Assembly (NCBI GenBank): GCA_040386535.1 | Contig: JAZKFH010000045.1 | Coordinates: forward strand, 1 to 16,292 | Length of the DNA stretch: 16,292 nt | Direction of reading: 5' to 3' | Source of the DNA: Myxococcota bacterium | Lineage (GTDB): Bacteria > Myxococcota_A > UBA796 > SXON01 | Part shown: positions 9,772-16,292 of the stretch, piece after piece | How positions within the stretch are numbered: the first letter of the stretch is position 1 | Layout: the number at the start of each line of letters is the position of its first letter | The notes under the pieces: model-generated | Database searches by the model: none | Told to the model about the DNA's origin: nothing | The model's input: the letters and a program-made list of their open reading frames with translations, nothing else | Position numbers and translations under genes: made by a program

Positions 9772-9799
9772 GAGTGGGAAGAGACATTGTCTCCCACTC
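9772..9799. promoter_or_regulatory. Palindromic operator candidate 2 (GAGTGG-GAA-GAGACA-T-TGTCTC-CCACTC)
   Basis: Shares the AGACAnTGTCT core with site 1 and lies just upstream of the ATG at 9810. Confidence 0.6.
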
Positions 9800-9809
9800 G
9801 AGGGCCCCC

Positions 9810-10613
9810 ATGTCCGCCGACGACCTGCTCTCCGCCCGCTTCGGCGCCCTCTCCGCGCACGCCACGGTCACCCAGGCCGCGCTGCTCGCCGCCGACGTGT
9901 CGGGCGCCGAGGGCTTCCGCCCCACGGACGTGCGGTTCTTCTTCCTGCTTTTCACCAACTGGATGGAGGACGACCGGCTGCGCCCGGGCCTCGACGTCGA
10001 CCTGACGCAGGTGCGGCGGGCGCTGGTGCGGCTCGTGGGAGAGGGCCTCGCCGTCACGCTCGGGGGCGGCCGGGCGCCGCGCTACCGCCTGCTGCCCGGC
10101 GGGGTGCTGGCGCTGGTCGAGGCGCTCACGGACCCGCGCGCGCCGCGCACGTTCGAGGAGGTGGTGTTCCTCGCCACGGCCGCGGCGAGCTACCGCGACG
10201 CGATCGCCGACCGCGTCCGTGGCGAGCCCCGCGCCCCCGACCGCATCGTGCGCGCCCGGCTCGATCCCGTGCGCATCCTGCGGGCAGAGCGGCGGCGGCT
10301 GGAGGGCGCGGTGGCCGACCTGGAGGAGCGCGTGGCGTCGGGGCTGCGGATGGAGGAGGTGGCCCGGTGCGCGGAGGGGCTTGCACCCGCGGACCTGGCC
10401 CAGCGGCTCCGCGCCGAGGTGGGCGGCTACCAGCTGCACCCCATGCGATCCCTGGAGGAGCTGGTGGCGCCGCTCCCCGCCGCGATGGCACGGTTCGAGC
10501 TGGGGCCCGGCATGGGGCTCCGCGCGCGCGCCCTGTTCTCGCCGCTGCTGGAGCAGCTCCGGGCGCGGGTGGGGATCCTGGAGCGGCTGGAGGGGACGTT
10601 GCGGGAGGGGTGA
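9810..10613 (+). CDS. Hypothetical protein, probable winged-helix transcriptional regulator with helical C-terminus, 267 aa
   Basis: ATG at 9810 after GAGGG. The segment LTQVRRALVRLVGEGLAVT...PRYRLLPGG resembles a PadR/MarR-type recognition helix plus wing. Coiled-coil-like ERRRLEGAVADLEERV. Divergent from the desaturase operon. Confidence 0.7.
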   Translation: MSADDLLSARFGALSAHATVTQAALLAADVSGAEGFRPTDVRFFFLLFTNWMEDDRLRPGLDVDLTQVRRALVRLVGEGLAVTLGGGRAPRYRLLPGGVLALVEALTDPRAPRTFEEVVFLATAAASYRDAIADRVRGEPRAPDRIVRARLDPVRILRAERRRLEGAVADLEERVASGLRMEEVARCAEGLAPADLAQRLRAEVGGYQLHPMRSLEELVAPLPAAMARFELGPGMGLRARALFSPLLEQLRARVGILERLEGTLREG

Positions 10614-10628
10614 GGGGGGCTTGGGGGC

Positions 10629-10687
10629 GGCCAACATCGGCGATCATCCGGGATGATCGTGCCGGCCTGACCGCTACGGGGCCAACC
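10629..10687. repeat. Inverted copy of the GATCATCCGGGATGATC repeat family
   Basis: GGCCAACATCGGCGATCATCCGGGATGATCG...TGACCGCTACGGGCCAAC resembles the reverse complement of the 3410-3575 unit. Confidence 0.8.
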
Positions 10688-10828
10688 TGTCAACACCAGG
10701 ACGCGCCGAACTCGCCGGATGAGACGCAAATGCCCATGCACTTTCCTCAGCGCGGTGCTCGTCGTGGACACGCGGGAGGCCGGCGACGCGCAGCTCGGGA
10801 AGCGGAGGAACGGCGCGACCGTCAAAGG

Positions 10829-11076
10829 TCGGGGGATGCGCGCCCATCCCGTCACTTCGGACGGTATATCCGTCCGAACTCGGGGGATGCGCGCCCATCC
10901 CGTCACTTCGGACGGTATATCCGTCCGAAGTCGGGGGATGCGCGCCCATCCCGTCACTTCGGACGGTATATCCTTCCGAACTCGGGGGATGAGCGCCCAT
11001 CCCGCCAGTTCGGACGGTATATCCGGCCAGACTCGGGGGGTACGCGCCCATCCCGCCAGTTCGGGCGGTAGGCCCG
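10829..11076. repeat. 51-bp tandem double-hairpin repeat, ~4.8 copies
   Basis: Units start at 10829, 10880, 10931, 10982 and 11033. Unit TCGGGGGATGCGCGCCCATCCCGTCACTTCGGACGGTATATCCGTCCGAAC, with stems GGGATG/CATCCC and TTCGGACGG/CCGTCCGAA. No spacers. Confidence 0.95.
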
Positions 11077-11395
11077 TGCCATGATCGTGGATCACCCCCG
11101 GCATCCTCGAAGGGGGCATCAACGTGGGGCCTCCGTCGGCGACGTCGAGCTTCGAGCGGCCGCACCCCCTTGGAGTCCGCCGACACTTCGGCCGGACGTG
11201 CGGCGCCTGCATCCTCCCTTGAATCAGCGAGGCCCGATCTCGCGCCTGAAGGAGCTGCATCGGCACAGAGACGCCATCCCCCGAGTTCAGCGCGTGGGAC
11301 GGCCCGAACGGGGGGCACCGCGCGACCCCGACGCTCCCTTGTCGAGCAGGTAGCCCTTCGTCACGTTCGGCGGGTGACCGAAGTGCGTCACACCC

Positions 11396-11456
11396 ATCGG
11401 ATCATCCGGCATGATCGCGCCTCCGTGACCGCCACGGGGTACCGTCGCGGCCAACC
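11396..11456. repeat. Degenerate copy of the GATCATCCGGGATGATC repeat family
   Basis: CATCGGATCATCCGGCATGATCGCGCCTCCGTGACCGCCACGG...GGCCAACC, in the same orientation as 10629-10687. Confidence 0.7.
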
Positions 11457-11552
11457 CGTCGGCGGCGACGTGGCCCGTACCAGTCCGATGAAGCGCGCGG
11501 TCGACCCCTGACCGCTACCCGCCCCTTCGGCCCCGGGTGGTACCATCCCCGC

Positions 11553-12125
11553 ATGGACGCCCGCCTCCGCCCCCGCATCGAGATCGAGACCATCCACGAG
11601 CTCCTCGCGGAGCTGGATTGTTACCAGCTGCTCGGCGTGGCGCCGGATTGCGCCCAGCAGGACGTCGACGCGGCCTTCCGCACCGAGAGCCGCCGGCTGC
11701 ACCCCGACCGCCACGCCGCTGGCGCCTCGCCCGCGTTCCGCGCGCAGGCCAACGACGTCTTCAAGGCGGTCAACGACGCCTACCGAACGCTCCGCGATCC
11801 TGATGCCCGCGCCCGTTACGACAGCGACCGGCGCCAGGGCGCCCTGCGCCTGGACGAGGCCGCGCGCAAGGAAGCCGAGAACGAGGCGGCCGCCAAGAAC
11901 GACCCCACCAAGGCCGCGCGCACGCCCAAGGGCGAGAAGTACTGGAAGATGGCGCTCCAGTGCTGGAACGAGGAAGACTTCAACGGCGCCGTGATGCAGA
12001 TCAACTTCGCCCTGTCCTTCGAGCCCGCGAACGACGTGTTCAAGGAGTGGCTCGGGCGCGCGAAGACCGCGAACGAAGAGAAGAAGCGGGGCAAGCAGGG
12101 GAACGCGTACAAGATCCGGCTGTAG
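11553..12125 (+). CDS. J domain-containing protein with short helical (TPR-like) C-terminus, 190 aa
   Basis: CYQLLGV, SRRLHPDR (HPD motif), FKAVNDAYRTLRDPDARARYD. C-terminal KYWKMALQCW...AVMQINFALSFEP.N is TPR-like. Confidence 0.9.
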   Translation: MDARLRPRIEIETIHELLAELDCYQLLGVAPDCAQQDVDAAFRTESRRLHPDRHAAGASPAFRAQANDVFKAVNDAYRTLRDPDARARYDSDRRQGALRLDEAARKEAENEAAAKNDPTKAARTPKGEKYWKMALQCWNEEDFNGAVMQINFALSFEPANDVFKEWLGRAKTANEEKKRGKQGNAYKIRL

Positions 12126-12483
12126 GTCAGGCGCTTCGGCTCTTCGAGGCCTCCCCACGCTCCATCGACGCGCGACCAGCCCTTCGTGGACGACGAGGCC
12201 TGCGCGCGCCCGATCCGCAAGCTGGCCGAGCGGTTCGCCATCCTCGACGACGCCCCCGCGTTCCGGATCGTCTCCCGCCGTCGCAACGCAACCGCGTCCC
12301 CGACCGCCCCCTGGGCGGGGTGCGCGAGGTGGCCAGAGGGCGCGTGCCCGCGGGAGCGGGCGCGCGGTTCGGCGCCCGCCGCGGCAGCGGCGCCGCGCCA
12401 ACCGAGGCCGGAGGCCGAGACCGGCGGACGCCGACCCCCGACCGCCTCGGGCGGGGGGCGCGCCCAGAGGGTTGGGAGCGTGA

Positions 12484-12499
12484 TGTTTCCCGTGGAACA
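12484..12499. promoter_or_regulatory. parS-like ParB binding site (TGTTTCCCGTGGAACA)
   Basis: 14/16 match to the canonical TGTTTCACGTGAAACA, intergenic, and locally AT-rich in very GC-rich DNA. Confidence 0.65.
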
Positions 12500-12687
12500 A
12501 TTGGGCACGGATCGCGGTTTGGCAGGCGGCGCCCCGGCACGCGGGTTGCGACCGTGCGGCAGGAGACGCGACCTGAAGGTGTGAGGTCAGCGACGCGTTC
12601 GGAGGTTGCACGACCGCGGCAATCCCCCGGACCCCCGACCCGGGCCCGCGCGCGCGACCCACCCGTTAGCGGTCGGGGGAGGCCCCC

Positions 12688-13665
<978 letters not shown>

Positions 13666-13707
13666 TTCGCGTGAGGGCGCGCCGGATGACGACGCCTACC
13701 CGCGCGC

Positions 13708-14127
13708 CTACCTACGGACCGCCACCCCCAGCAGTACCCCCGCGCGCAGGGTCCACGCCACCGCGCGCACGTGGTTGGCGAGGCACAACGAGCGCCAATC
13801 GGCCTGGACGAAGCCCACGTCGAGCCGGCCGTGCATCGGCACCGCCCAGAACGCCGTCACCGCCCAGGCGAGCACCACCGGCACCAGCAGCGCCACGCCC
13901 AGCCGCGGCGCCTCGCGGCACAACAGGCCGGCGGCCACGAGCTCGGCGAGCATGAGCGGCGCCACGACGAGGGTGATCGCGGCGGTCCAGGCGTGGTGGT
14001 AGGCGGCGAAGCTCTCGGGCCCGATGTGCGCGTAGAGCGGGTACACGGCGACGCCGACGGTCCACACGAGGCCCACGAGCGCGGCGCTGCAGGCGAGGTT
14101 GAGCGCGAGGACGGGGGTTGCGGCCAT
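13708..14127 (-). CDS. Four-TM hypothetical membrane protein (DUF1772/anthrone oxygenase-like), 139 aa
   Basis: ATG at 14127. GLVWTV..AVYPLY..IG.ESFAAYH..W...IT.VVAPLM..E, T.FWAVPMH.RL, L..ANHVR...W. Confidence 0.75.
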   Translation of the reverse strand: MAATPVLALNLACSAALVGLVWTVGVAVYPLYAHIGPESFAAYHHAWTAAITLVVAPLMLAELVAAGLLCREAPRLGVALLVPVVLAWAVTAFWAVPMHGRLDVGFVQADWRSLCLANHVRAVAWTLRAGVLLGVAVRR

Positions 14128-14189
14128 GCGTCCCGGTATTCGCGAGCGGGGGCGGGCGCCGCGTGCGGCGCGAATAGAAAGAGGCAATC

Positions 14190-14348
14190 GTGCCTGCCAA
14201 AGACCAACTGCCCGAGAAGCTCTGCGAGGTCTGCCACCGCCCGTTCGTGTGGCGGAAGAAGTGGGCGCGCGCGTGGGACGAGGTGCGCACGTGCAGCGAT
14301 CGGTGTCGCGGCGAGCGGCGGCGCAACAGCGCGCCCAAGGAGAAGTGA
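14190..14348 (+). CDS. DUF2256 domain-containing protein, 52 aa (absent from the ORF track)
   Basis: GTG at 14190 after AGAGG. Translation [52 protein letters not shown]. The stop lies 2 bp before the photolyase ATG. Confidence 0.9.
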   Translation: MPAKDQLPEKLCEVCHRPFVWRKKWARAWDEVRTCSDRCRGERRRNSAPKEK

Positions 14349-14350
14349 AC

Positions 14351-15964
14351 ATGACGGGGTTCCGCGAGCAGATCCGCACCTTCGCGCCGGAGCGGAACGC
14401 GGGCAAGCGCTGGATCTACGTGCCGTACGATCAGCTCGACGCGACGGTCTCGCTCATCGCGGACGCCGACCCGGCGGGCACGGTGCTCGCGTTCGTGGAG
14501 TCGCGCGAGAAGGCCCGGCGGCGGCCCTACCATCGCCAGAAGTTGGCCCTGCTCCTCTCGAACGAGCGGCACGTCGCGCTCGAGATGGCGGCGCGCGGCT
14601 TCGCCATCGCGTACCACGGTGGCGACGGTACCTTCGGCGACGGGCTCCTCGCGCTGCGGGCGAAGTACGGCTGCGACACGATCGAGGTGATGACCCCGGC
14701 AGAGCGCGAGCTGCGGGTGGACCTCGCGGCCGCGCAGGCACGCGGGCTCCCGCTCGTGGAGCGGCCGAATACCCTGTGGTTGACGACGAAACGAGACTTC
14801 ACCGCCGCCTTCCCGAGCGGGCCGCCGTACCGCATGGACACGTTCTACCGAGGCGTCCGCCGGCGCGCGGGGCTGCTCATGGAGGGGGGCAAGCCGATTG
14901 GTGGCAAGTTCTCGTTCGACACGGAGAACCGCCGGCCCTGGCGTGGCGAGCCGCCCGCCCCGCACGCGCCCGCCTTCGCGCCCGACGCCATCACGCGCGA
15001 GGTGCTCGAGCTCGTCGCCGCGCGGTTTCCCGACTCGTTCGGGAGCCTGGACGGCTTCTCGTGGCCCTGTTCCGCGGCCGACGCCGAGGCGCTCTGGGCG
15101 CACGCGCTGACGCGGAAGCTGCCGCACTTCGGCCCCTTCGAGGACGCCATGAGCGAGGCCGAGCCCGACCTGTTCCACACCCACGTCAGCCCGCTGGTGA
15201 ACCTCGGCCGCCTGACACCGGGACGCCTCGTCCGCGACGTGCTCGCCGCCTACGACACCGGCGCCGTGCCGCTCGCGAGCGCGGAGGGCTTCGTGCGCCA
15301 GGTGCTCGGCTGGCGCGAGTTCGTGAAACACGTGCACGACGCCACGGACGGCTTCCGCACGGTCGAGCCGAGCGCCGCGCCCGACCACCTCGGCGCGACG
15401 GAGCCGCTGCCGCCGGTCTACTGGGGCGAGAATCCGAGCGGCCTGCGCTGCCTCGACACCGTGACGCGCCACGTGTACGAACGCGGCTGGTCCCACCACA
15501 TCACGCGCCTGATGGTGCTCTCCAACATCGCGACGCTGCTCGGCGCGTCGCCGCGCGCGCTGACCGACTGGTTCTGGGAGGTGTATGTCGACGCCTACGA
15601 TTGGGTGGTGGAACCCAACGTTCTCGCCATGGGGACCTTCGCCGTCGGCGATCTGATGACGACCAAGCCCTACGTCTCCGGCGCCGCCTACATCCACAAG
15701 ATGAGCGACGCCTGCGACCACTGCCGCTTCGACCCCACCGGCAAGGACCCCACGCGCCCCTGCCCGTTGACACCCTTGTATTGGGACTTCCTCCACCGCA
15801 ACGCGGCGACGTTGGCGAGCGTAGACCGGCTCGCGATGCCCCTGGCGAGCGCGCGCAAACGAACGCCCGAGCAACAGGCGCATGCGGCGGCGGTGCGGGC
15901 GCGGGTGTTGGCGCGCTTGCGGGCGGGGGAGGAGGTGCCGGTGGGGGTGGCGCGGGTGGGGTGA
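14351..15964 (+). CDS. Cryptochrome/photolyase family protein, FeS-BCP class (PhrB/CryB-like), 537 aa
   Basis: ATG at 14351 after AAGGAG. Motifs YDQL, YHRQKL, RMDTFYR, GGKFSFDTENR, FGPFEDAM, SPLVNLGRL, EGFVRQVLGWREF, HHITRLMVLSN, YVDAYDWV, TKPYVSGAAYIHKMSD. Four 4Fe-4S Cys candidates (LRCL, ACDHC, PCP). Confidence 0.95.
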   Translation: MTGFREQIRTFAPERNAGKRWIYVPYDQLDATVSLIADADPAGTVLAFVESREKARRRPYHRQKLALLLSNERHVALEMAARGFAIAYHGGDGTFGDGLLALRAKYGCDTIEVMTPAERELRVDLAAAQARGLPLVERPNTLWLTTKRDFTAAFPSGPPYRMDTFYRGVRRRAGLLMEGGKPIGGKFSFDTENRRPWRGEPPAPHAPAFAPDAITREVLELVAARFPDSFGSLDGFSWPCSAADAEALWAHALTRKLPHFGPFEDAMSEAEPDLFHTHVSPLVNLGRLTPGRLVRDVLAAYDTGAVPLASAEGFVRQVLGWREFVKHVHDATDGFRTVEPSAAPDHLGATEPLPPVYWGENPSGLRCLDTVTRHVYERGWSHHITRLMVLSNIATLLGASPRALTDWFWEVYVDAYDWVVEPNVLAMGTFAVGDLMTTKPYVSGAAYIHKMSDACDHCRFDPTGKDPTRPCPLTPLYWDFLHRNAATLASVDRLAMPLASARKRTPEQQAHAAAVRARVLARLRAGEEVPVGVARVG

Positions 15965-16053
15965 GGGCTTCGGAGTTGGGCAGACCGACGCGCGAGGCGC
16001 GCGCGGCTGCGGCGGCGGGTGGGGCGGGGCGAGCGGGGGGTGGCGTTGGCGCT

Positions 16054-16292
16054 GGCGTCCAGCAACTCGGCACCTGCCGGTCAGGTTCGGCGTTGCTGGA
16101 CTGGGCGTCCAGCAACTCGGCACCTGCCGGTCAGGTCCTGCGTTGCTGGACTGGGCGTCCAGCAACTCGCCACCTGCCGGTCAGGTCCGGCGTTGCTGGA
16201 CCCGGCGTCCAGCAACTCGCCACCTGGCGGTGAGGTGCGGCGTTGCTGGACTGGGCGTCCAGCAACTCGGCACCTGCCGGTCAGGTCCTGCG
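16054..16292. repeat. 50-bp tandem hairpin repeat, ~4.8 copies, runs off the right edge
   Basis: Units start at 16054, 16104, 16154, 16204 and 16254. Unit GGCGTCCAGCAACTCGGCACCTGCCGGTCAGGTCCGGCGTTGCTGGACTG, with stem GTCCAGCAAC/GTTGCTGGAC. Confidence 0.95.

Noticed and set aside
10829..11076. Possible CRISPR array
   Set aside because: The units are contiguous with no unique spacers, and there are no cas genes in the window.
10427..11318. 17-aa repeat proteins from the 51-bp array
   Set aside because: Several frames are open only because the unit is a multiple of 3. There is no RBS or codon bias, and the hairpin structure points to a non-coding role.
16054..16292. Possible CRISPR array
   Set aside because: These are head-to-tail 50-bp units with no variable spacers.

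Overview
This is a very GC-rich bacterial window. Gene content and style (lid-less Hsp70, small J-domain protein, short-signal lipoproteins, parS-like site) suggest Myxococcota or a relative; this is inference. Supported genes are a YbhB/YbcL (PEBP) protein, a triple-domain universal stress protein, a DnaK-like Hsp70 lacking the lid, a Cys-rich lipoprotein, a double-CxxC protein, a J-domain protein, an Asp/Thr-repeat alpha/beta-hydrolase lipoprotein, a small membrane protein, and a DUF2256 protein followed by an FeS-type cryptochrome/photolyase. The best candidate for an undescribed system is 7501-10613. There, a di-iron sterol desaturase/fatty-acid hydroxylase fused to an unknown membrane-anchored domain is coupled to an HTTM (vitamin-K carboxylase/SdpB-like) gene. 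A winged-helix-like gene is transcribed divergently, and two AGACAnTGTCT palindromes lie in the shared promoter region. The intergenic DNA also carries several ~50-58-bp hairpin units of different sequence. They occur as tandem arrays (periods 51, 51, 50), as doublets around a shared core, and as direct repeats bracketing a gene or gene remnants. No CRISPR array, tRNA, rRNA, integrase or transposase was recognised.
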